This document shows, in pieces, positions 37,552-46,242 of a DNA stretch of 64,000 bases. The position numbers and the translations under genes are program-made. The notes under the pieces are model-generated. The model saw only the letters and a list, made by a program, of their open reading frames with translations. It searched no databases and had not been told where the DNA came from. The stretch covers positions 992,001 through 1,056,000 of the forward strand of contig NZ_JAQNDL010000003.1 in assembly GCF_028368995.1 (NCBI RefSeq). Direction: 5' to 3'. How positions within the stretch are numbered: the stretch's first letter is position 1; each line of letters starts with the position of its first letter. This stretch comes from Nannocystis bainbridge. Its GTDB lineage: Bacteria > Myxococcota_A > Polyangia > Nannocystales > Nannocystaceae.

Positions 37552-38697
37552 ATGCTCCGCACCACCGTCACTCTGTCTGCGATTGCGATGACCGTGTTTA
37601 CCGCCTGCGGGGGGGCCGACTCCGGGCGCGGGGACACGAGCGTGGCGACGGCGCCGACGGGCGCGACCACGGTGCCCGTGACCACCGACGCCACCAGCAC
37701 CAGCGACGTCGCGCCCACCTCTTCGGGCACCACGAGCAGCACCGGCGAGCCGACCTCCACGTCCACCACCTCCTCCACCAACCCCTCGGGCGTCGACACT
37801 GCCAAGTTCGACCTCGGCGCCAGCGACCTCGGCGCGGGCACCACCGGCGGCGACAACGGGTGCAAGAAGGTCGATTTCCTGTTCGTGATCGACAACTCGA
37901 CCAGCATGGAGGACAACCAGGACGCGCTGATCGACAGCTTCCCTGGCTTCATCGACGCCATCAAGACCGCCCTCGGCGACGTCGACGACTACCACATCAT
38001 GGTCGTCGACACCGACGCGAACGGCCGGTGCGCGAAGCCTTGCGACGAGAGCGACCCCGATTACGTCAAGTTCTGCGCCGCGGCCAACTACCACGCCTGC
38101 ACCACGGAGCTCGAGCCGTGCGACACGCAGCGCGGCGCCGGGGTCATCCACCCGGTCGGCTCCTTCTCCAGCAACACCAAGTGTCCGGTGGCCGGTGGCC
38201 ACCGCTACATGTTGCCCGATCAGCCCGACCTCGCCTCGACGTTCGCCTGCGTCGCCAAGGTCGGCACCGCCGGCAACGCCTCGGAGCGGCCGATGAACGC
38301 CATCGAGGAGGCCGTGAGCGAGGAGCTCAACTTCCCCAACGGTTGCAACGGCGGGTTCCTCCGCGACGACGCGATCCTCGTCATCACCTTCATCAGCGAC
38401 GATCCCAACAAGCCCGACCAGGGCGATCCCGCCTCCTGGAAGGCGTCGGTCGTCGCGGCCAAGAACGGCGACGAGAACGCCGTCGTGGTGCTCGGCCTCA
38501 TCCCCCACCCCGAGCTCGACTGCATCACCGGCAACGACCCGAACCTGACCCAGGGCGCCCACTGGCAGGAGTTCATCGAGTCGTGGGGCTCGCACGGGAT
38601 CTCCGGCTCGGTCTGCGAGGCCGACTACGCGCCCTTCTTCCTCCAGGCGATCCAGGCCATCGACCAGACCTGCGACGAGTTCAACCCGCCGGGTTGA
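37552..38697 (+). CDS. Lipoprotein with VWA-like domain (myxobacterial)
   Basis: Lipobox FTAC, Thr/Ser linker, KVDFLFVIDNSTSM (MIDAS-like), FLRDDAILVITFISD. Confidence 0.85.
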   Translation: MLRTTVTLSAIAMTVFTACGGADSGRGDTSVATAPTGATTVPVTTDATSTSDVAPTSSGTTSSTGEPTSTSTTSSTNPSGVDTAKFDLGASDLGAGTTGGDNGCKKVDFLFVIDNSTSMEDNQDALIDSFPGFIDAIKTALGDVDDYHIMVVDTDANGRCAKPCDESDPDYVKFCAAANYHACTTELEPCDTQRGAGVIHPVGSFSSNTKCPVAGGHRYMLPDQPDLASTFACVAKVGTAGNASERPMNAIEEAVSEELNFPNGCNGGFLRDDAILVITFISDDPNKPDQGDPASWKASVVAAKNGDENAVVVLGLIPHPELDCITGNDPNLTQGAHWQEFIESWGSHGISGSVCEADYAPFFLQAIQAIDQTCDEFNPPG

Positions 38698-38826
38698 CCG
38701 CGCGGCCACGAACCTGCTCTGCGTCTGGCGGCAGGAGCATGTCCCTGAGGACATGTCTCAAGTATCAGGCCGATGCGCAGGCGCTGTCTCGACGCCGTGG
38801 GCTTGCTCGCCCGTCGGGCGGCCGGG

Positions 38827-39402
38827 TCAGCCGGCGCCGGCCTCCAGCACCGGTTGCCAGAAATAGCAGTTCGCGGGCACCTCTTCGCCCTTGAGCGCCC
38901 TGCTCAGCTTGCAATCGCGGCCGGCGAGCGTGTCCATCGTATCGATGATGGTCTGCATCGGGATGTTGGACTCCGCGGAGATGGTCACGGTCGTCTCGTG
39001 CGGGAAAGCCTGCTTGTAGCGCTGCACCCGCTCCTCGAGGGCCGCGTAATCGTAGCGGCTGTAATCGCCGAGCGGCGTGCCGGGCCTGGCCAGCGGGATC
39101 GTCGGCGCTTTCGAATCGGTCGCCTTGCCGGCCTCGGCGCCGTCCTGCTGGGCGTCGGCGGAGATCCGGAAGCCGTCCTCGAGGACCATGACCTTGAGGT
39201 TGAGCGGCTTGTCCTGGGGCGCGTCGTCGGGCTTGGTCTCGGCGCTGGCGGCCGAGAAGCGCGGCGGCGAGACGTTGATCGACGACATCGACGCGTACTC
39301 CATCACCGACAGCAGGAGGGGAATTAATAAAAACATGACGTTCATGACCGGGAGGAGGTCGGCTTCGATCTCCACTCCTTCGAATTTTTTACGCCTGCGC
39401 AT
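38827..39402 (-). CDS. ExbD/TolR-family biopolymer transport protein
   Basis: DLLPVMNVMFLLIPLLL TM helix; VTISAESNIPMQTIIDTMD. Confidence 0.85.
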   Translation of the reverse strand: MRRRKKFEGVEIEADLLPVMNVMFLLIPLLLSVMEYASMSSINVSPPRFSAASAETKPDDAPQDKPLNLKVMVLEDGFRISADAQQDGAEAGKATDSKAPTIPLARPGTPLGDYSRYDYAALEERVQRYKQAFPHETTVTISAESNIPMQTIIDTMDTLAGRDCKLSRALKGEEVPANCYFWQPVLEAGAG

Positions 39403-39810
39403 CGCTTCACCTCCTTGCCCCGGAGCGGGGGTGACCGCAATGAGAGCGGATGATTGGGTACACACGCTGTATGAACTCCATGGACGTGGATCCTCCTTCG
39501 CGCCGGATCGAGAGACCGGCGCGGCGCACCATATGAATGTCGAAATTGCCGGACCGCGCTCCGCGGAGCAGGCGGGCGTCAGCGACGACTTCGCAAGAGC
39601 CGTGTCACGTCGCCGCTCGCGGGCCGTGACACGGGCCACGGCGCCGGGCGGCGCCTGCCCGCCTGGCCGCGAGCGAGAGGAGTACGGGCGCGTTGCGTGC
39701 TCCGGTGAGTACAGTGCCGGGGCCGCGGCCGACCCTACACGCGCCGGGAAGAAATCTCGCGGCGCCGGTCGGAGCGCCACCAAGAGCGCCAGCGGCTCGG
39801 CCGGGACCGC

Positions 39811-40755
39811 TCACGCGCCGGCGCAGACCTTCGTCGTGCCGTCGAACACCTGCGGTCCCTTGCACGCGGCCGCGCTGGAGCAGTGGCAGATCCCCTCCAC
39901 GCACGTATCGGCGCGCAGCGTGTCGACGCAGTCGGCGTCCTGGCCGCAGCCGCACACGCCGGCGATGCAGACCGCGTAGCCGCCGATGCCGGACGTCGCG
40001 CAATCGGAGTCTTCGCCGCACTCGCAGCGCTGCGTGCGAGGATTGCACACCGGGTGGCCGGTCTGCGTCGCGCAATCCGAGCCGTTCGCGCACGGGTCGA
40101 AGCAGACCCCGTCGTCGCAGCGGGTCTCGGTCAGGCCGCAGACCGTGACCGGCGCCCCGCCCTCGATTGGTTCGACCTGGAGCTCCTCGCCGACCAGCAC
40201 GTCGCACGGGGCGCCGTCGCTGGGCCGCGGCGCGCACTTGCCAGCGCCGTCACCGATGGCGACGCAGGCGTAGCTGTTGCCGCAATCGGCCTGGGCCGCG
40301 CAGGTGATCGTCCAGCCGCTGAGGATGACGTCACATTGCTCGTCGGTCGAGCAGACCGTGACGACATCGTTGACGCAGCGCTGGTCCTGACAGGTGTAGC
40401 CGGCATCTTCGCCGAAGACGAAGCAGTCGGTATCGCTGGCGCAGGCCTCCTGGCAGAACTGGCCGGCGCCGCCGGTGGTCGTGGCCTCCGTGGTGGGCGC
40501 GGTCGTCGTGGTGGTCGCGGGCGGTTCGCTCGTGACGGTGCCGGTCGTGGTGAAGGTGCCGGTCGTGCTCACCGAATCGTCGCTCGAGGTGCCCATCGTC
40601 TGCGTGGCCTGCGTGGCCTGCGTGGCCTGCGTCGAGTCCGTCGTGACGCCGGAGGTCTCCGTGCCGCTGCCCTTGTCGGCGCCGCAGGCGAGCGGCGCGA
40701 GCACGGCCGCGAACAGGAGGATCACCGGCGTCTTCACGAGAAATGAGCGTTGCAT
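39811..40755 (-). CDS. Cys-rich lipoprotein
   Basis: Lipobox PLAC, Thr-rich linker, repeated CxxDxDC units. Confidence 0.8.
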   Translation of the reverse strand: MQRSFLVKTPVILLFAAVLAPLACGADKGSGTETSGVTTDSTQATQATQATQTMGTSSDDSVSTTGTFTTTGTVTSEPPATTTTTAPTTEATTTGGAGQFCQEACASDTDCFVFGEDAGYTCQDQRCVNDVVTVCSTDEQCDVILSGWTITCAAQADCGNSYACVAIGDGAGKCAPRPSDGAPCDVLVGEELQVEPIEGGAPVTVCGLTETRCDDGVCFDPCANGSDCATQTGHPVCNPRTQRCECGEDSDCATSGIGGYAVCIAGVCGCGQDADCVDTLRADTCVEGICHCSSAAACKGPQVFDGTTKVCAGA

Positions 40756-41008
40756 GGCCGCGAGGGTACCCCACGCGGCGAGATGGCGATGGGCGCCGCA
40801 TTCTTCGTCGGCGGTGAAACAGGTTTCGCAAGACCCCGGCTTCGCGTGCGTATGGCGGCTCGCTGGCAATGGGCAGTCACGGCCGGCGAATGCACGGCGG
40901 GCTCGGCCGTGACGCTCTGGTGAATGCACGCTCGCGGTCTGTTGTCCCCACTCGAGGTCGCGCGGCAGCGGTTCGGCGCCTCGTGGTGGACGCTCGCTAC
41001 GCGGCGGC

Positions 41009-41419
41009 TCACGCGGCGACGCCGGGCTCGCGCGCGAAGGGCCGGACCTCGCGAAATTCGACCACCGCGAGCGAGCCGACGAACAGCGCCTCGAAGCCGA
41101 CGTGCACGACGCCGAAGATGCTCGCGGTGCCCGCGGTCGTCGCCAGGATCGCGGCGCAGGCGACGACCCACGCGGCGTTGGCGGCCACGAGGAGGTCGAT
41201 CGCGCGGCGCGACGGGGTGCGCCCGCGCGACGCCCGGACCGCGAGCGAGCCGGAGTAGCAGGCGTAGGCGAGGTTGACCGCGCCGATGAAGCCCACGAGC
41301 GCCGGCGAAAAGGCGTGCAGCTGCGCCAGCGGGCCGCGCAGCGCGAGCACCACGAGACCGGCGATGCAGGCGGCGGAGCCGTCGAGCCAGAGGATCGCGC
41401 GGGCGCGCCGGGGCATCAT
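41009..41419 (-). CDS. Small 4-TM membrane protein
   Basis: LWLDG...NLAYACYSGSLA...ANAAW...EALFVGSLAVVE hydrophobic pattern. Confidence 0.7.
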   Translation of the reverse strand: MMPRRARAILWLDGSAACIAGLVVLALRGPLAQLHAFSPALVGFIGAVNLAYACYSGSLAVRASRGRTPSRRAIDLLVAANAAWVVACAAILATTAGTASIFGVVHVGFEALFVGSLAVVEFREVRPFAREPGVAA

Positions 41420-41528
41420 CGCGGGCGAGGGTAACGCGGATCCGCGGGGGTCGTCACGGCTCGCCGCCGCGCCGGACGCGGAGACGCCGGGCGCTGGCCG
41501 CGGACGGGGCGTGTGCCATACAGGGGCC

Positions 41529-42326
41529 ATGCTCGCCGTCACCGGTCCGCCGCGCCGCCTCTACGCGCTCCGCTTCGGCTGGGAGCCGGTGCCCGAGGCC
41601 GTGTCGCTGCGCGGTGGCTCGAAGGATGTGTATTTATTCGAGCCGGTGACCGGCGCCGCGGTCGAGTACGACGACGGCTGGGTCCTGATCGACACCGGCC
41701 TCAACCCGGACATCCTGCGCGACCCGGCGCTGCGCGCCGCGCATTACGTCAAGGCGGCCGTCGGCTGCGTGCCCGAGGGCGATCCGCTGCTGCGCCAGAT
41801 CGACGCGGCCGGGCTGGCGCTCGCCGACCTCAAGGGCTGCGTGCTCTCGCATCTCCACTGCGATCACGGCGGCGGCTTGCGGCACCTCGAGGGCGGCCCG
41901 CCGATCGTGATTCAGGCCCGCGAGCACGCGTTCGCCATGGACGAGGCGACCCTCGAGCACTGCTATTTTAAGAGCGACTACGACCGCCCCGGGCTGCGCT
42001 GGCGGCTCATCGAAGGCGAGGTCGAGCTCGCCGCTGGTTTGCGCACGATCCCGACCTTCGGCCACACGCCCGGGCATCAATCGATCGCCGTCGAGCTGCC
42101 GGTCGGCGGCACCGTCGTGCTCGCCTGCGACGCCGCCGATCTGCGGCGCAACATCGACGCGCTGATCCCGTGCGGCGAGCTCACGCACCCGCACCTCGCC
42201 GCGGCCGCGGCGCGGTCGATCGAGCGCCTGCACGCGCTCGATCGCCAGCCTCGCACCGAGGTCTGGCCCGGCCACGATCCCGACTTCTGGGCCACACGCC
42301 TGGCGCCGCCGGCGGCCTACGGCTGA
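41529..42326 (+). CDS. N-acyl-homoserine lactonase-family metallo-beta-lactamase
   Basis: LIDTG, SHLHCDHGGG, GHTPGHQS, LACDA, PGHD. Confidence 0.85.
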   Translation: MLAVTGPPRRLYALRFGWEPVPEAVSLRGGSKDVYLFEPVTGAAVEYDDGWVLIDTGLNPDILRDPALRAAHYVKAAVGCVPEGDPLLRQIDAAGLALADLKGCVLSHLHCDHGGGLRHLEGGPPIVIQAREHAFAMDEATLEHCYFKSDYDRPGLRWRLIEGEVELAAGLRTIPTFGHTPGHQSIAVELPVGGTVVLACDAADLRRNIDALIPCGELTHPHLAAAAARSIERLHALDRQPRTEVWPGHDPDFWATRLAPPAAYG

Positions 42327-42372
42327 CGCGCGCCTTCGCTGGGGCCTGTCTCTGGGGACAGGCGGTCGCGGC

Positions 42373-43743
42373 TCAGCCGTCGCCGAGGCGCTGGCGGACG
42401 TCCTGGGCGTAACGGCTGCGGGGGAAGCGGCGCAAGAACTCGGCGCCGGCCTGGGCGGCCTGGGTGGCGCGACCGAGGCGGTGCAGCGCCTCGACGCGGC
42501 CGTGCAGGGCCTCCTCCGCGAGGGCGCCCTGCGGGGCGTCGCGCAGGTAGGCGTCGAACGCCGACAGCGCGCCGCGTGGATCGCCGAGCGGGCCGAGCGA
42601 CAGCTGGCCGAGCGTGACCTGGGCGGTGCGGGCCAGCGAGGTGTCGCCGTGCTCACGCAGCAGACGGCGGTAGATGCGGGCGGCCGCGCGGTAGTTGCCG
42701 GCGCCGCGCAGCGCGTGGGCCTCGTCGATGAGCTGCCCGGGGTCGCTGGCCGGGCGCGCTTTGGCCGGAGCGCTGCGCTCGGCGGCGGCGGGGACCGCCC
42801 GGGCCAGCGAGTCGGCCGTCTCGCCCTCGGCGAGCAGGCGTTCGCCGTCGGGGCCGTGCAGGCGATGGGTGCCGTGGACCGCGGTGATCCGCCAGCGCTC
42901 GGGCTCCGCGATCACTCGCAGGGCGCCCGGCCCGTCGCTGACGATCGCCACGCCGGCGACCTCGATCCACACCACGCCGACGGCCGCCGGCGTGACCTCG
43001 ACGTGCAGGTCGCCGCGCTCGACCGCGAGGACGGCCCCGCGCACCCGCAGCTCGGCCTCGCCCGCGGCGCAGGCGGTGAACAGGTCAGTTGCGCCGACGC
43101 AGGCGGCGTCGTCGAGGCGCAGCGGGCCGTCGGCGAGCGGCTGGTGGAGGGCGAGCGGAGCCTGGCCGTCGCTGCCGCCGCCGCCGCCGCGGAGCAGGCG
43201 CAGCTCGGCGGGCATGTCCTTCGAGACAGGCGCTTCGGCTCGACCGGGGCTGTCCTTCGGGGCATGGGCGACGAGGTCGAGCGCGGTTCTGTCCTTTGGG
43301 ACAGGTGGTTCGAGGTCGAGCTTCGCGCCGGGCGCGACCTGGGCGGCGCGCGATGACATGTCCTCGGGGACATGTCCGAAAGGACGGATGATCAGCAGCC
43401 ACGCGGCGGCCGCGGCGAAGGCGACGCCGAGGCCGATGCCGAGGGCCGAGCGCCGGCCGGGGCCCGACGCGGCCGGGTGGCCGGCGAGGAAGCGGTCGAC
43501 CGCGCCGGCGACGATGGCGTCGTCGGCGGCGGTGACTTCGGGCTCGCCGCGGCGGAGCTCGTCGAGCAGCTCGCGCTCGCGTCGGGTCGCCGCCCCGTCG
43601 CCGCGGTGGGCCGCGAGGAAGGCGGCGTCGTCGGCCGCGAGCGGGTCGCCGGCGAGGGACGCGTCGACGAGTCGGCGCCAGCGTCGGTCCGCGGAGGTGT
43701 CGTCGATTGCTTCGGGTTCGTGGTGCATGGGAGGCTCCGTCAC
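42373..43743 (-). CDS. Anti-sigma factor-like protein (TM, FecR-like beta domain, TPR)
   Basis: Overlaps the ECF gene stop; AAAAAWLL TM helix; C-terminal TPR (FDAYLRDAPQGALAEEAL...FPRSRYA). Confidence 0.75.
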   Translation of the reverse strand: MTEPPMHHEPEAIDDTSADRRWRRLVDASLAGDPLAADDAAFLAAHRGDGAATRRERELLDELRRGEPEVTAADDAIVAGAVDRFLAGHPAASGPGRRSALGIGLGVAFAAAAAWLLIIRPFGHVPEDMSSRAAQVAPGAKLDLEPPVPKDRTALDLVAHAPKDSPGRAEAPVSKDMPAELRLLRGGGGGSDGQAPLALHQPLADGPLRLDDAACVGATDLFTACAAGEAELRVRGAVLAVERGDLHVEVTPAAVGVVWIEVAGVAIVSDGPGALRVIAEPERWRITAVHGTHRLHGPDGERLLAEGETADSLARAVPAAAERSAPAKARPASDPGQLIDEAHALRGAGNYRAAARIYRRLLREHGDTSLARTAQVTLGQLSLGPLGDPRGALSAFDAYLRDAPQGALAEEALHGRVEALHRLGRATQAAQAGAEFLRRFPRSRYAQDVRQRLGDG

Positions 43744-44366
43744 GGGGCCGGACGGCCGAGGTTGAGGTCGCGGCGGATGAGCTTGCGGAGGGTCTCTTCG
43801 GCCTTGAGGACCCGCGACTTGACGGTGGGCACCGGGGCTCCGGTCAGCTCGGCGATCTCGGGCAAGGTGTGGTCGAGCGCGTGGCGGAGCACGAGGGCGA
43901 TCCGCTGGGGCTCGGGGAGGAGGGCGAGGTAGTCGGCGACGGCCCGCGGGATGTGCTCGCGCAGGTCGTCACCGGGTTCGAGGGGCTCGTTGCCGGGGTC
44001 GTCCTCGTCGTGGCTGACGAGCGCGAGCCGACGCCCGCGCTTCAGCCAGCGGAGGGTGACGCGCACGGTGATCCGGCGCGCCCACGCCTCGAGCGGGCCC
44101 TGGCCGGCGTAGGTGCGGGCCGACTCGAGCAGCTCGACGAGGGCGGTCTGGGAGAGGTCGTCGGCGTCGCTGCCGGCGCCGAGCAGCGCCCGGGTGACGC
44201 GCCGCGCGACCGGGAGCAGCCGGCGAGCGAAGGTGGTGGCGGCCTGGCGATCGCCGGCGGAGGTGGCCCGCGCGAGGGCCCGGGCCTCGGCGTGCTCGGC
44301 GGTCCCGTCGGACGGAGCATCCGCGGCGACGGCGACGAGCGCAGGTGCGGGGGCCTTGGCGAGCAA
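43740..44366 (-). CDS. ECF RNA polymerase sigma factor
   Basis: DADDLSQTA, WARRITVR, LPEPQRIALVLRH...EIAELTGAPVPTVKSR. Confidence 0.92.
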   Translation of the reverse strand: MLAKAPAPALVAVAADAPSDGTAEHAEARALARATSAGDRQAATTFARRLLPVARRVTRALLGAGSDADDLSQTALVELLESARTYAGQGPLEAWARRITVRVTLRWLKRGRRLALVSHDEDDPGNEPLEPGDDLREHIPRAVADYLALLPEPQRIALVLRHALDHTLPEIAELTGAPVPTVKSRVLKAEETLRKLIRRDLNLGRPAP

Positions 44367-44377
44367 TCAGCGGTAGG

Positions 44378-44410
44378 GTGGCGCGACCGCCGGGCGGCGG
44401 ATGAAAAAAA
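44378..44410 (-). promoter_or_regulatory. Candidate ECF promoter upstream of the sigma gene
   Basis: Minus strand TTTTTTTCATCC-N14-GCGCCAC, with identical boxes and spacing at 49538-49570. Confidence 0.7.
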
Positions 44411-44541
44411 GCGACGGCACGGGCGCCGGGGAGCCCCGCGCGCCCCGGGGGCCTCGCTTCGTCGTCCTGGCGCCTCCAGGCGAAGCTCAGACTTGCCGAG
44501 CGCGGATAGCCCCGCGCCCCCGGGGGCCTCGCTGCGCCGCC

Positions 44542-45645
44542 CTAGCGCACCCAGGTGAGGCCGAGGCCCGCGGTGGCGCCGAGGGTCGGCGGGCGCACGA
44601 GCGGGGTGGTGCCGACCGGGGTGCGGGCGACGAGGTCGAAGTTGCGCAGCCAGATGTCGAGGCCGGCCGCGAGGACGAGGGCGAAGCCGCGCCCGAGCTC
44701 GAAGCCGAGGCCGAGGGTAGGCGCGACGCCGAACCGCAGCCCCGCGCCCGCGCGCGCCTGCGAGCCGGCGGTCGGCCGCCACACCAGCGCCTCGCCGCGC
44801 CCGGCCAGGGCAGGCTCGACGAACACCCGCCGACGCGCCCCGAGCCCGATCCGATAGCCGAGCCGCACGCCGAAGCCGAGCCGGCCGAGCCGCAGGCGAG
44901 CGTCGTCGAAGCGCTGCCCGCCGAGCTCCGGGGTGAGCGCGGCGTGCAGCAGGCCAGCGCCGCCGACGGCGAACACGAGGCCGCGGCGGCCGAGCAAGCC
45001 GAGCTCGAGCCCGAGACCGCTGGCCCACGGCAGCTGCGCGGCGTAGCTCGAGCCGACGTACCCGAAGCCGAGCAGGAGCCGCACGGCAGGCGCAGGCGCG
45101 GGCTTCGGCGCGGGCGCGACGGGGGCCGGGGCAGGCTCCGGGGCCACGGGCGGCGGCGCCTCGACCGGCACGGCGAGCACCTCCATGTCGAGCGGCGCCT
45201 CGCGGGTCGCCAGCGAGGCGACGAGGCCGCGGATCACCACGCCGAGGATCTCCCGCGTCTCGAGCGGATCGTCGGGCGTGTCGAGGTGGCGCGTGTAGAG
45301 CCGCTCGGGCGCGCCGAGCAGCAAGTAGACGGCGCTGCCCTGCCCCGCGGCCTCGACCCACACGACCGCGCCGGCGCCCCCGGCCAGGCGCTCGCGGGCC
45401 CACACGAGTTGGTCGGCGAGCGCGGCCGCCGGGCGGACCTCGACCGCCGGGCCGACGCCGAGATCGGCGAGGTGACCGCGCAGGGCCTGGGCGACGGCGA
45501 CGGCGTCGATGCGGCCGGCCTCGATCACGCCGACGGCGATCTGCGGCGCCTCCGTGACCTCGGCGGCCGGGCCCGGGGCGCTCGCGGGCGACGGTTCGCC
45601 GACGACGAGCGCGAGGGCCAGAGGGACGGCGACCACAGGGGGCAA
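44542..45645 (-). CDS. Secreted/outer-membrane protein (beta-strand-rich C-terminus)
   Basis: Signal-like N-terminus, Pro linker, alternating Gly/hydrophobic strands ending GLGLTWVR. Confidence 0.6.
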   Translation of the reverse strand: MPPVVAVPLALALVVGEPSPASAPGPAAEVTEAPQIAVGVIEAGRIDAVAVAQALRGHLADLGVGPAVEVRPAAALADQLVWARERLAGGAGAVVWVEAAGQGSAVYLLLGAPERLYTRHLDTPDDPLETREILGVVIRGLVASLATREAPLDMEVLAVPVEAPPPVAPEPAPAPVAPAPKPAPAPAVRLLLGFGYVGSSYAAQLPWASGLGLELGLLGRRGLVFAVGGAGLLHAALTPELGGQRFDDARLRLGRLGFGVRLGYRIGLGARRRVFVEPALAGRGEALVWRPTAGSQARAGAGLRFGVAPTLGLGFELGRGFALVLAAGLDIWLRNFDLVARTPVGTTPLVRPPTLGATAGLGLTWVR

Positions 45646-45690
45646 GTTGTATCCCGCCCGGTCAGCGGGGACCAGCCGGGGCGCGGCGGG

Positions 45691-46101
45691 TCAGCACTCC
45701 AGGCAGGCGCCGACGACGGCGACGCCCTGCGGGTCGAGCTCGATGTTGTAGGACTCGGAGATCCCCCGCCACTCGGAGAGGCCGCCGCCGAGGTCGGTGG
45801 CGGCGTGATTCCAGCGATCGACGACGGCGGCATCGCTGGCGAGCTGGACCCACCAGGCGGCCCGCGCGGCGCTGGTGTTGGTGATCGTGAACTCGTAGCA
45901 GGAGCCGCTCTCCCAGTCGCTGGTGAGCAGGCGCGCGACAGTGAGCGCGGGGGCGGCTTCGACGACGACGAGGCCGCAGCGACCGTCAGCCGGCTCGCCG
46001 CCCGCGAGCTCGAAGACCTCGCCCTCGCCGCGACAGCCGAGCCCGAGCGCGAGGCCGAGCAGAGCGATGCGAGAGCGGCTACGAGAGCGAGCGGCGCGCA
46101 T
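45691..46101 (-). CDS. Small lipoprotein with CBM2-like carbohydrate-binding domain
   Basis: Lipobox LGLGC; SDWESGSCYEFTITNT...WWVQL...WN...YN, a CBM2-like pattern. Confidence 0.65.
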   Translation of the reverse strand: MRAARSRSRSRIALLGLALGLGCRGEGEVFELAGGEPADGRCGLVVVEAAPALTVARLLTSDWESGSCYEFTITNTSAARAAWWVQLASDAAVVDRWNHAATDLGGGLSEWRGISESYNIELDPQGVAVVGACLEC

Positions 46102-46242
46102 GCCCTCTTCTAGCGGGCCAGCCGCGAGCAAGCAACGGCGCGCAGCCGCGCCGCACGACTCGATGCCGCACTCACGCATCACCACGATCGACGCAGCGCG
46201 ACGCCTCACTCGCGCCGCGCTGCGTCTCGCTCCCGCGCCGTC

